DNA of 64,000 nucleotides, from contig OX337239.1 in assembly GCA_946965045.2 (NCBI GenBank), positions 620,001 through 684,000 of the forward strand, in the 5' to 3' direction. The position numbers were made by a program, and so were the translations under genes. The first letter of the stretch is position 1. Every line of letters begins with the position of its first letter. This document shows positions 1 through 12,173 of this stretch, piece after piece. The notes below the pieces were generated by a model that was not told the DNA's origin, made no database searches, and saw only the letters and a list, made by a program, of their open reading frames with translations. The DNA is from Epithemia pelagica (lineage: Eukaryota; Protista; Bacillariophyta).

Positions 1-929
1 TTGCAAAGGCCAATAATTGCCAATTGCCAAAGTCCAAAGGAGTCTTTCATCTCTGCTGACTTTCGACCCAAGGATCTTCTTTTTTCGCCTCCGTTGTCTT
101 ATTCCAGCAAAAACAAGTTCGCAAGGTTTGAAAGTGTACATTAGTCGTTAAGATACCCATTGATTTCCCCTGACACAACTACGAAGACTTTCGAAGCCGG
201 GATTGATTCTTTGTTCTCGACGAACAACATCTGGGAAGGACCGGTGGCCGCAGACTTGGTCCATTGCGAACTTCCGTTGCATTATTGCAGAGTCTCGTGA
301 TTTTGCTCTTTGTAGTTGGGGTTAGCCTAAGGATATGTGAACGAATGGATGCGTAGGGAATCTTTGTGCACATCCGGCCAGTATGATTTGTGTGGTGGCA
401 CTTCAGCACCACTTCAGTTGTTGCGACCAACGTTTCTAAATCATGGGATTTGAATTGTTGGAGAGCCAATGTTTCACGATCTGGGTCGGTGTTGAAACAA
501 CAAAACTTCCAAAATCATGTCGATTAGGGTAATAGGTGTATTGAAAATCATGTCTGCTAGAAGTTAGGAGTAGAATCCGTAAAGTGCCATCAGTGTCTTC
601 TCGAGTGCGTTCGGGCTCTTCTTTGACCCCGTTCTACCGTAAATACGGTAGTCTGTGTTTCGTGGATAAGAAGGGATCTACCCGTTGCGCTGCCTACCTC
701 TACGACGGTAGAGCATCTTTCTATGCTGCTAGAGGTATGCTAGCTGATGACCGGCCTGCCATTGACTCTTGTAGTCACGAATTTGCCTTTTGCCTCCACG
801 TGGCAGGAATCTTCTGTCGGTTGAATCGCTGTTCAACCGTCAAGGCTTAATTGATAGTCGCATTTGTAGAACTCGCTTTCCTCTCCATCTCAATCGCCCT
901 CCTCGGACTCGGACCTCCTACCTCGTCTC

Positions 930-2099
930 GAGGGGAGTGAAATGACAGACTTTCATGACAGACTTTCATGACAGACTTTCGGATAAACTTTCAACTCTAG
1001 AGGGAATTTCGGCCCAACGAGATTCACTCTATACATTTTCCCGAAGTAAAAAACTAAGATGAATTGCCCCTCATCCCTCACATGGACCGACCGATCAATG
1101 AGATGCTCAATCTCAAGATATGCAAACTATCCTCACACACACCATGGCGAGGAGGCTCTAACACAACAGCAATCAACCCGCCTCCTCTACTTGTATGAAC
1201 ATGACTAATTGAGTGTGAGCATGTACTAGTTAGCTTTGTACATACTTGTATGTGTCATACTCGTAGGCAATCGTTTCGTCCATCCATCCTCGTTCACCAT
1301 CCTGTCTTTTGCCTGCATCGATCCATTTGTCTTTGTCTTTGTTTATTGTTGTTTCACCATCCAGTAAGAGTGTCAAGATTCGATAAGGTGCTCTCGTTTA
1401 CGGCGTCCACTCCTTCTTCCACTCGAACTGTGTTATCGGAAGCAGCCGAATGGTGCTGTTGCCATGCCGTCATCGCCGATTGTTTTGCCGTTGGGCAGAA
1501 ACGAGGAGTTGATTGTTGAGTATGTTGTTCTTGTGGTTGTAGCCGCATGTTGTTGTTGTCGCTGTCGTTGTTGTAGCCGCATGTTGTTGTTGTCGCTGTC
1601 GTTGTCGACGCTTGCTGTCTTGTCGCATGTCGTTGCTGCAGTCGCCGCATGTCGTTGTTGCTTCTTGTTGTCATTGGCGGGCACAGTCTCGTGCACTGGG
1701 TTCGGTGACAGCGAGTAGTTGATTGTTGCGTGCGGGTTGTTTTTGTTGTTGTTGCCGAGTGTTGTCATTGTTCGTTGTTCGTTGGCAGCGAGAAATTGGT
1801 AGGTGATTGTTTGCTGCTTCCTTGGCGTGGTTGGTTCCATCATTGTTGGGTCCAAACGAGCAGTCTGATTACGGGAAATCAAGACACTAAAAGGCAATAT
1901 TCTCTCTATCATGTGTAGATATGATGTTGGTTGGGAACATTTTTTTGTATTGTAAATAGAAGATACTACAAAAATAAAAAGTTTTCCCGAATGTCTGTCA
2001 AAAAGCTACCTGAAACTCCGAATGTCTGTCAAAAAGCTACCTGAAACTCCGATTGTCTGTCAAACAACTACCCCGAAAGTCTGTCATTTCGCTATTCCC
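930..2099. mobile_element. Non-autonomous Mutator-like (MULE) DNA transposon, 1170 bp, 9-bp TSD
   Basis: CCTCGTCTC is repeated directly at 921-929 and 2100-2108. Imperfect TIRs: left GAGGGGAGTGAAATGACAGACTTTC; right end reverse-complements to GGGAATAGCGAAATGACAGACTTTC. Subterminal tandem repeats: 13-mer ATGACAGACTTTC x3 (942-980) and a 31-mer x~2.5 (1989-2070). The interior is low-complexity and has no transposase. Confidence 0.8.
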
Positions 2100-2424
2100 C
2101 CTCGTCTCCATGCCCGTGTGGCAATGATGACGAAAACAATTGATTAATCACAGAAGAGTGGGCGAAAACGAACAAACTTGCTCCTGTTGCAGCGTTCTCG
2201 ACAGAGGTTCCTGATTTCCCCGTGGATCATTGGATATGTTCTAGTCTGCATGAGCTCAATCGCAAAATCTGAAGCTGTTTGAGTGTTTCTCTTGTGAAGA
2301 ATTTATTGCGCAAAAGGGTTTTGAAACACTCTTCTTCACTGAAACAAGGTCGCGCCGAACAATAGTTTTCATATAGTGGAGTGAGAACGAGTGCAAAAGA
2401 AAAACAAATTGATTTTTAGCCAGC

Positions 2425-4797
2425 ATGGCTTGGCCTACACCCATTGCTGAGACATCGGTGGTCCAGCAAAAAACTTGTAAGAAAACACAGAGACTGTCAA
2501 GTCTTTATCATTGTTGTGGAGACTCATGATATAATCCTTTCTCTTGTGCTTTCGTGCCTCGGTTATTAAAATGCTGTTTCTGCAAACAATTCAGTGGCAA
2601 TTGTTCCCAAAGTTTTGGCCATGCTGTCCTTTCTTTGTTCCTTGTACATTGTCGCCGATGTTTGGAGATTACCAAAACCGAAACGAAAAGTCTATCATCG
2701 AATTTTGCTCGGCATGAGTGCCAGTGATTGTACATCGTCCTTGGCGTGGTTCTTTACGACCTGTAAGTTGCTGCGGTGGGTCGTCTTTTGTTCGATCCGA
2801 TAGTTCTATATACATGCCTCCCTCCTACTGCCTTTATCTGGCGTACACTCAATCACTGTTGGGTTTCTTGTTTGCAAATGCCATGGTACTACACAGGGCC
2901 GATTCCACCCGAAGTCTTGCCCGTTTGGGGTGCCAAGGGTACACAAACCACGTGCTCGGTGCAAGGCTTCTTTGCCCAGACGAGCATTGCGACTGTATTG
3001 TACTCGGGATCTTTGTCCTTTTACTACTACCTCGTGATTCGATGCGGATGGACTCAATCTCGTTGGGATCAATCGAGGATTGAATGGCTAATGCACATTG
3101 TTGCCTTGGTCTTTGCCATTGGAACATCGTCCGTGTCGGTTGGCATGGGGTTGATGAATCCAATTGGATGGGATTGTTGGATCGCCAGTGTGCCCATTGA
3201 ATGTCAAGAGTCGTGGCTGAATGGCGGCAAAACCGATTGTGAACGAGGGGACAATGCGAATTTGTATCAGTGGCTCTTCTTCTACATTCCACTGTGGATA
3301 ACGATTTTTGGAGTCACCGCGATAATGATGTCCATTGTACACAAGGTATGGGTTCAAGAACGTCGCAATAAAGTTTGGAGACGAAAATCCGTGGGCATGA
3401 CCTCTCGGTCCTTTCGAAAAACCTTGGGACGATCGACAAGCGGGTCCAACGCGGCGGCTGCTCAATATCTTCGTGGCGGACGAGTCGAAGAAGTGGTTTG
3501 GCAATCCTTGTTCTATGTCGGTGGATTTTACTTTGCCTGGACGTTTCCCACCATTTTGCGCATCACGGAAGTTGCCGGTGATGTGGTGTATTATCACTGG
3601 GTCCAGTTGTCGGCCACCTTTATTCCCACACAGGGAATTTGGAATTTGTTTGTCTACCTACGACCTCAATATCAACGCATCAAAACGCAACGACGACGAC
3701 GCGAACAACAAAAACAGCATCAACAAGAATTGGAATCGCAACGCAAGAGTGCAATGGAACAGGAAGAGGTCCTCCAGACAAATTCAGGCCATGGAGAATC
3801 TAACGGTATTGCCAAAGATATGACAGACAATGGTGTACGGCTTTCATCGAGGACCATTGGTGCTGTTGCGTGTGGTACTGCGGCCAAATGTACCGTGACA
3901 ACGACCGATCTTTCCGAGAATGACGCAGATGAAGATGATATGCGGTCTCCAATGTTTCTTGGAGATTTGTCTGATACAGAACAGGATCAAGTAATGGATA
4001 CCATAGACGACGACGATGCAGGTCGGCACAAGCATGAAATCGTGGACGAAGAGGTTCCCAAATCAGCGTTGACAGCAGCACGTGTTTCCTTTGCCCATGA
4101 AAAAGGTACCATGGTGAATGAAAATACTACGAACAGCACGAGTCTCCCAGCTTCGATGGTCGCGCCGCCATCGCCATTGGCAATGGCGTCTAGCAATCAC
4201 GTCCATGGCCATCAGGACAGTGGAAGAAGCACTGTCGCAGACCCGAATGGCGATGTCAGTAGCAGTACGCCACGACGAGGACGATTGAGTACGAGTAGCC
4301 ACCGACGTCGTTTGTTCCGTCGGAATCCGGACCGATCCACAACTTCCAATGGCGCACTCTCTCAAAACTCCTCATCGGCCGCCATCTCCAAATCAGCCTT
4401 GTCGTGGATGACTCATTGGGTTCAAGGAGCTGTTCGCGACATGGGCAATGCCATCCGTAAGGGTGATGCTGGTGATGGTGGTAGATTGTTTGCGGTCCAT
4501 CCTGGGAGTGGTCGGAGCATGGGAGGCCGACGAGGACCGCGAATGGTTAATGGTGTGTTTCATTCCAATGTGGAGAGTAGCAGTGCCCACGTGGAGGATG
4601 GAACGAACAATCAGGAAGAAGACGAAGTCATCTCCGTTAGAGCGGCTGCGGCATCGGTGGCCGCTGCCGTATCGGAGGAGGAAGAAGAAGGAGAAGAAGA
4701 AAAGTTGGAAGACTTGGAGGACATGGGTGTTCCAAGTTTTTGGGAACCGTCGTCGCTCGCACCATCGCAAAACACGGCCACTCCGACAGGAACATGA
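2425..4797 (+). CDS. 7TM G-protein-coupled receptor (cAMP-receptor/Git3-like diatom family), 3 exons: 2425-2476, 2595-2762, 2897-4797
   Basis: Two GT-AG introns (2477-2594, 2763-2896) join the frames into MAWPTP...YHRILLGMSASD...FFTTWPIP...CSVQGFF...YYYLVIR...GWDCWIA...QGIWNLFVYLRP. Seven hydrophobic segments are followed by a long acidic, low-complexity C-tail. Confidence 0.88.
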
Positions 4798-5885
4798 GTT
4801 GAGCATTGCGAGTGGGTTTGCAATGTGTGATGATCCATTTCTTCTCTGGTCTATGGTATCGTCTCGGCATTGCCGTGATGAATTCCTGAGGGCCTATCGC
4901 TGAGATGGCAATCCATTCACGGTGCCATGTAGCTTTCGTCGAAGGGGAAGTGGTCCCGAATATCGGGTCGCCCAACAAGCCACGGTGCCATGGAACGGAC
5001 CACCCAAGAAGCCAATCCTTGGCGTATTGTCTGGATTTCGGATGAATGAACAATGAATGAATGTCATGTCGATTCCCTTTTTTGTTGTTGTGAACGTGGG
5101 AGTTTCCATTGTGTTTTGCGTTGTTATGGTTGCAATGGATCCAAGCACGATTTTCTCGTAGTGGTGTATTTGTGATGGATGGGATCTCCAGTTTTTGTTT
5201 GTACAAAGAAAACGTGCAAGTTTTGGGAGTGGCAAGGACCGAATGGAATCGAGGCTGTAGGATGATACCGAGAGAACACTCTCCAACGACGAATGCCATC
5301 TGACTACAGGTGTCGAATGTTGCTAGGTAATGTGTTGTCACTCTTTAGTTGTGTTTATTTTTGTGCTGTTGGAGTATGATTGTGTCGGCATCATTTGGAA
5401 CGGTTTTGTTGTTGTCCAAAAGAATGTTCGAGGAATTTTCGGAGTGCAGGACTTGTAATCGAGTTTTTGTATAGAGAGCGATGCCTCATGCGAGGAATGT
5501 CACCTGACTAATATACCACTGTTAGTTAGCAAATGGGTTGTCATTCTTTCGTTGTATGGTCATTCTTTAGTTGTAGGTTATGCTTGTGTTGGGCCATGGG
5601 GAGTGTCACAATTCGGAATGAGTGTTCCCGATTGGAAACGAAACCTTGAATGTCATCCATTTCAAAATGAGACAAACGTATTCAAACCCTCGTGTGACAC
5701 TATATCATCGCAGAGGTTGTGTCTCGAACAATCCCCTTCAATGATCCAATCATTACAGGGTGGATCCAGGCCCCAACGCATCGACCAGTTCGTCCATCAC
5801 TCACGCGAGTAGGGAACCAAAGCGTGTGATTCTCCTTTGGTGTGTGTGTGTCGGTCGACCTGCCTTGTGTGCACTTCTTTTTCTT

Positions 5886-6416
5886 TTAGACTACCACAGT
5901 GGTACATGTCGAGGGACGGCACATGATCCTCCTGGTGTGGGGATCGGACCGTGGCCCACATCGACCACCAGTCGTAGTCGAAGTACGAGCACAGACGTGC
6001 CGCCATTCCTCTTCCTCGGCGGCTGATTCATGTTTCTGAAAGGAGTATTCGGCCCGTTGGTCCTGCGCTCGATCCCACCACGATCCATGTCGGGCCACGG
6101 CATATTCCACAGCCGCATCGTCCGTTTCTTCTTCTTCGGTGTCGTTGTTGTTGTTGTTGTTGGTTTCGATAGGATGATTGTGATTGTGGACCAAGGCTAC
6201 CAGAGGCCGTGATTTGGAAATGTGTGTCCGGCTCTCCGTCAGACTTTGTCGTGGTGGTGGCAGATTCCATGCCGTGGGAGAGGCTGCGTCCACGACGAGA
6301 ACAACCAGGGAAAGCGTCATTAGTAGTGCCAGGAGGAGAGAACAAAACGAAGGAACTGGCGTTCGAGTAGGATTCGTCGACGACATGTTGTGAGGATGGT
6401 GTTGCGCCATTGCCAA
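5886..6416 (-). CDS. Possible small secreted hypothetical protein
   Basis: The ORF has a hydrophobic signal-like stretch (FCSLLLALLMTLSLVVLVVDA), poly-N and acidic tracts, and Cys near the C-terminus. No recognisable domain. Confidence 0.35.
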   Translation of the reverse strand: MAMAQHHPHNMSSTNPTRTPVPSFCSLLLALLMTLSLVVLVVDAASPTAWNLPPPRQSLTESRTHISKSRPLVALVHNHNHPIETNNNNNNDTEEEETDDAAVEYAVARHGSWWDRAQDQRAEYSFQKHESAAEEEEWRHVCARTSTTTGGRCGPRSDPHTRRIMCRPSTCTTVVV

Positions 6417-7020
6417 TTCTCAAGTGCACAGGAGAAGAACTGCAAGAACGTTGTGTTGTTGGTGCAATACTGCGTGCACAGAATATTTATGGTGAACGGA
6501 GATTGATTACACTGACTTGTGATGGTGATGACTGATGACATGGAAAGCGGTGTTGGCAAGCAGAGACTGGTTTCTTGGCCATCTCTTTTCCACTATTGTC
6601 TCCAAGCCAAAGACACTGTGTCGTTGTTGCATCTCGAATATTGCGTGGACGATCGGTTCGAACGTCGTACTTGAATGACGTGGCCAACCGATGGGTGTCG
6701 TTTTCCCCCAAGGAAGTTTGATCTTGGTCTTGATCGTGCTCTCTTGTGAGGCGACCAATTGGTCGCGGATCAGTCCACAATGACCTCGCGATGGGCACCA
6801 TGGCGCAAGAATGACCCTCCCCATCCATTGCAGTCTTGAGAGATTCGCTAAAGACGCATGACAAAACCAAGAACAACCTATTCAATTCAAGAGATCAAAT
6901 CCCAATACAGCAGAATCATACGCACAGAGTTTGGTGTGGTCCAAGTAGCTGTCCAGCAATCCGCACTCGAATACAAGAATAGCTTCTTGTGGTTGTTTTT
7001 TTCTTGTACACAAACGAACG

Positions 7021-8957
7021 ATGCAGTCGCGAACGACGGCCCGCAAACAAGCGGCTCCAGCCTTGCGTCGCAACAAGAAAAAGAGTGGAATGCGAATAAC
7101 ACCGCAATTGCAAATGATTGCCTTGGTGGTGGGTGGCTTTATGTTCGTTGGTCTGTTGGGATTGCTCTATGAGTTTTCGCAAACCACCACCACCACCAAC
7201 GACTCGTCGTCGGGCAACGGAGACAAGGAAGTCAACGAAAAACATGGGGACAAGGACTATTTGACTCCGGTTGTTCCCGTCCTTCCCATTTTTTCGCCCG
7301 TCCCCGGTGGCCCCGAGGCGGCCAAAGTCTTGAGGGAGGATACCATTCATCATCACCAGGCCACCATGGGTGGGGTCATTAGTATTTTGCAAAACTTTTT
7401 GAACCAATTGCATCAACACAATCGGGCCTTGGCGGCCCAAAAGCACGTGACGGAAAAGACGGTCATTAACGACTTTGTCCAATTGGTCCAGACGGAATTG
7501 CAACCCTTTGAAGATGCCTATCGAGACGAAACCATTTTCCCCGTTCGGGACGACGACAGCATCTTTTTGTCCCTGGCGGCCTATCGGGAACATTTGTTGG
7601 CCGATACACTGCGCTATGCCTTTTCGCATGCCAAACATCCCGAAAAACTCTACGTCGGTGCCGTTGTTCAAAATTGTTTTGGCAAAGTGGGAGACGATGG
7701 CGTCACGATTGACACGTCCGGGTTGCCCTGTCGCACCGGTCACGTCGTGGTGGGCAAGGACCAGAATGGCCACGATACGACCAAAGTGTCGGATGCGCCG
7801 GTGGATCCCAATGGCATTGCCGATTTTTGTGCCCTGCCCGACTATCAACAGTATTGCGCCAATGGACAAGTTCGAGCCTTGTATGTGCACGAATCGGAAA
7901 GTCAAGGACCGGCCATGGCCCGATACTATGCCTCCAAATTGTGGGGTGGCGAAACCTACTTTGTCCAATGCGACTCGCACTTGCAATTTGCCGAGCACTG
8001 GGATGCCAAGTATATTCAAGAATTGCAAGCGACACGAAATTATCCCAAATCCGTCCTGAGTTCCTACCCACCGGGGTTCCAAGAAGGAACTTCGGATGGG
8101 ACGGTCCATGAATCCATGGGAGCTCGCTTGTGTAGTTGTTCCACCAACGCTTTGGATCCCAATCCCATTTTGCGCATCAATGTGGGCCGTGGCTATCGAG
8201 GCGACGAACCTCGTCCCACCCAAATTCCCTTTATTGCCGCCGGCTTTTTCTTTGCCCATTCCACCTTTTTGAAGGACGTACCCTTTGATCCGCTCTTACC
8301 CTGGTGCTTTATGGGAGAAGAAATTGCCCTCTCCATGCGGGCCTGGACGCATGGATGGGATATCTATGCACCCCGCCGCAATCTCATTGCACATCAATAT
8401 CGACCCGGACGGTACGTAGAAACAAACACACAAGAGAGAGAGACTGGAATGCACGCCAGTCTGTGTGTTGGGGGGAGGTTGCGGCCTTTCATTCCTGATG
8501 TGCAACGGCCTCCTTTCTCCTGGATCCATGAGTTTCGTCCATGTTTCGCACTTGCTTACAACTGCCTGTTTCGTCTCTCACACAAGCGCTTTCCTTTTCT
8601 TTTTTGGTGTTGACACACGTGACTGTTGATCGAATCGTTCATCTCTCCCTTAGAATGGGCCTTCCCAAGTTTTGGGAGACGGTGAATCGCTTGTTTCGGG
8701 GTGCCACGGGCTTGAATCAAATTCAACATATCATGATTAATCGCATCAAAAATATGGTGGGCTATCCCGATGCCACCCGAGAAATCATTGCTCGCGATGG
8801 CAATGAAATTATTTTAACCGACATTGAACACTATGGGTTGGGTACGGAACGAAGCTGGGAAGACTATATGGAATTTGCCAATTTGCACATTAATGAACAA
8901 CACAATGTCATTGACTGTTCCGCAATTTCATGGTGTAATCATGGTACCAAAGATTAA
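7021..8957 (+). CDS. GT60 family glycosyltransferase (Skp1-hydroxyproline/polypeptide GlcNAc-transferase-like), type II membrane; exons 7021-8411, 8654-8957
   Basis: Motifs SIFLSLAAYRE, QGPAMARYYASKLWGGETYFVQCDSH, FIAAGFFF, FDPLLPWCFMGEEIALSMRAWTHGWDIYAP. Intron 8412-8653 (GTACGT...TTAG) restores HQYRPGRMGLPKFW. N-terminal TM helix present. Confidence 0.9.
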
Positions 8958-9357
8958 ACCTAAAACTTGTGTGTTCTGTACCAAACGCTTTCTACATTCC
9001 ACTGACTGGAAAGAGAGAATCGATGGTCTCAAGATATCCACGTGTGTCAATGGTGTGTTTCCAGTTTCTTAGGAATATGCCTCTCTGGGTGAACGTACAC
9101 ATGTCTTTGTCATGGGGTTTCCATACAGATGGACAAATTGGAGGATGGCATGCAACTCTATACACAGAGACTGTTTCGTTGCCTCCCGAACGAGGTCCTC
9201 TTCTTCATCTAGAAGAAACAGCACAGAGATGAATCCAAGCATTTCTAATTATGGTACATTCATTTCTCTCTCGTGTTCTCTCTCTTTTTTTAGTGTTTGT
9301 TTGGGATCCTCTTTGGAGCCGCTGTCTTGAGGGCTTTGGGGTGTTGGGGTCTCTTTT

Positions 9358-9950
9358 TTGTTTTTCGATTGTGTGAGAATCGTATGGGATGCTGTCCTCG
9401 AAAAGGGCCTCCTCCCGCGTCTCTTTGTAGGCTGGCACGCGATTCTATATAGGAATGAAGTAGTGTCTGTCTGTCGATCACCCAATGGGCGCGCGAAGAA
9501 AGGGAATGGCCGGCTCTTGAGGATTCGATGCGTCAAAAGATTTTTGGATCTTTGCTTTTCTGCACCCATCAACTTCTCCTTTGAAAGAGAGACTTTGTTG
9601 GCAACAGCACTGATGCGTAGTATCGGAACTCTTGGGTCTATGTGCGCAACAGATTAGCGTTTCGGGCGGGTGGAAGCAATTTGACATTGCACAGGGCGAC
9701 GCCGCACAAGAGTCCTTTGACAAGGAGGTTGCGGCGTATCGGACCTTGGAGTCTGTGTGGGTGTGGCATCCCCTGTTTTTGTCCGAGTTTTGGTCTGGCT
9801 GGATCCAGTCCACTATGGAGAATGAACATTCGTCACGAGGATGCCGAGGTTAATGATGATTGTTGTCCGGGAATGAGAATACCAGCAACACGGAGAGGCT
9901 TGCGGTCTGCCATTGATCGTGGATCGCACACAATGAAAAGAATCCTACCA
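9358..9950 (+). pseudogene. Degenerate protein-kinase-like fragment
   Basis: Fragments in shifting frames: KQFDIAQGDAAQESFDKEVAAYRTLESVW (VAVK/alphaC-like), HEDAEVN (catalytic-loop-like) and AID. Multiple stops and frameshifts. Confidence 0.35.
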
Positions 9951-10104
9951 AGACGAGAGCTGCCGCTTACTGGGGGTCTCTTGCTCTGGTAGAAAGAATA
10001 AGTACCTCTCCATTCCACTGTTTTTATCCAGTGATTTCCCTGCCCCTGAGAAAAAGAAAACGAAGAAGGAAGTGTAGCTTTTTGGTCGACTCGAGAGCAA
10101 GCGT

Positions 10105-10650
10105 ATCATTTTCTCTTTTTATGAGCTGTTCTCGTTTCTTCTTCCGTTCGTCTCATGACTTCGTAAGATGGAACGAAGAGATGAGACAAACGAAAGAAGA
10201 AATAAGTAAAGCTTTCCATCTAGAGACATGAAAATGTGGAACCAGTGCACTCTCGAAAAATGACGCAACCTGTCGATCGATCGACGATCTATTGGAGCTA
10301 TGATTAGGCATCTCACACGATTTCTCTTGTTTATGAGCTTTTCGCGTATCTTCTTTCGTTTCTCTCATATCTTCTTTAAGATTGAACAAGGACGAGATGA
10401 GCAAAGCAAAAGAAGAAATGAGTGAAGCTTTCCATGAACACGATTACTCGGCATCTCACACTATTTCTCTTTTTTTATGAGCTTTTCGCATATCTTTTCT
10501 CTCATCTCTTCTTTAAGATTGAAGGAAGGCGAGATGAGCAAAACAAATAAAGAAATGAGTGAAGCTTTCCATGAATACGAAAAATGCGGAACCAGTGCCC
10601 TCTCGAAAAATGACACAACCTCTCGATCCATCGACCCTTCATTTTTTAGC
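10105..10650. repeat. Three imperfect tandem copies of a ~140-210-bp unit
   Basis: TTTCTC..TTTATGAGCT...GAGATGAG..AAA...AAGAAAT.AGT.AAGCTTTCCAT recurs, with the ATGAGCT anchor at 10121, 10333 and 10477. Confidence 0.75.
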
Positions 10651-10680
10651 AAATCATTACACAAAAGGTAACAACTCCCT

Positions 10681-11824
10681 CTATTCTTGATTGCATTCCA
10701 ACAAATGGGACTTTTCTGACAATCGCTTGAAAAGAGCCGAGTTCTTGTCGATCAATGACAGAATTTCACAGGAATTTGGGCTAAATCCTGAAATAGTAAG
10801 AATACCATTGGACAGAGCAACCATGCTGTGAATGGATCGTGACACATTTGTTTGGGGAGGAAGTACCCAGACCTTGTCGTGGTTCGTATCCAAAATCTCA
10901 ACTGACCGTGGAAAGGGACCTCCCACGTTAATGAGATCATTGTGCCCACCGGAAACGATCAGACATGATCCAACTCTGACCACAACATGATCAAAACGGG
11001 GCTCGGAAAGTTTCAACTGTTTGTGTTTGGTCCATGACAAACCTGACCAATACACAGATGCGTTCATTTGGCCAGAATCGCTGAGATCTAGATACTCGAC
11101 CGAGATATATGTATAATTCATATATATTATGTCCCCAGCCACCAACGACATGGACGCGCTGACCAATGAGTTCCATTCCAAACTGTTCACGAGCAACCTT
11201 CAAAGGTGGGCCCGAAAAAACTACACGGTTGATGAGTGGTTGTATCCAAAATGTCAACCGAGGACAAGGTAAAATTGACGGAACGTCGTCCACCAACGAC
11301 AAGAATGTACCTTTTGTGAACCGCAACAGCGGAACAACTGGCCCTCGGAGCCGATAGACGGCATTTCAATGTCTTCCACAGTTCGTCTTGTTTCTCATGA
11401 TTGTCCCTCAAAGTAGTACTATTTCTCGTACAGGAAGAAATCAAGTCCACAAGACCAATCCGTTCAATCGTGTCGAAACACTCATGGTTATTGGTTCCTC
11501 CAATCGCTTACACATGGCTGTTACAGACTACGGCAGATAGACTGTACCTTCCTTGATTCAACGGTGGTCCTTCGAGCCAGTGCCTGCCTTGTCCATCCTC
11601 ACCTTTCAACAGAAGCACTGAATTGAGTTTACCGTGCCTACAACGACTACCACCATTTCCTCCTTGGGATTGTTGGGAGGATGCACCACCACCGAGGCAT
11701 GGTCATCCGGAAATCCACCCTCAACTCGATGCCATTCTTCTTCACTCGATATCCATTCGGGTGGTCTGCCTGGGCTTTCCCCCAACACAAGTCCAGAAAA
11801 ACGAGCTTGCTCCAAACAGTCCAT
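10681..11824 (-). pseudogene. Kelch-repeat beta-propeller protein, frameshifted
   Basis: Kelch blades are split over several frames: WKTLKCRLSAPRASCSAVAVHKRYILVVGG..SVDILDT; GPPLKVAREQFGMELIGQRVHVVGG; LSEPRFDHVVVRVGSCLIVSGG..SVEILDT. Paralogous to 41791-42702. Confidence 0.8.
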
Positions 11825-12173
11825 TGTAGTTTTTTATTGTTGTTCTCGGCCTCCTCCTATGTATACAATCTATAATCCCAGAAGAGACAAGAGCCCATCG
11901 TCCACCAAACATCAAACCAAAAGAATCTGGCGTAACACACGAAAACGCCAATCTTCACGAAAAATTGTACTTGTGGGATGATGGCACGGATCTTTACGCG
12001 CGCGACCCACAGTTTGCGTGATACTGTGGATAGTACCAGCCATTCATTTCGGATTTGCAGGTAAGTCTGAAATCGCCGTGCTGACAACAACGAGGCACCT
12101 TTTGGATCTCATTCTTTGTGCGCACCGGCTATTTGCTATCGAAGGAAAACAAAGCTGCAAGAAAATACAAAAC

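Noticed and set aside
179-850. Short ORFs at the window start as possible retroelement gag/pol
   Set aside because: No zinc knuckle, protease, RT or integrase motif, and no LTR or PBS identifiable.
942-980. Short direct repeats, CRISPR-like at first glance
   Set aside because: No spacers; they are subterminal repeats of the MULE. The 178-bp array likewise lacks unique spacers, and no cas genes are present.
6916-8259. 447-aa minus-strand ORF
   Set aside because: Antisense shadow of the GT60 gene; no motifs.
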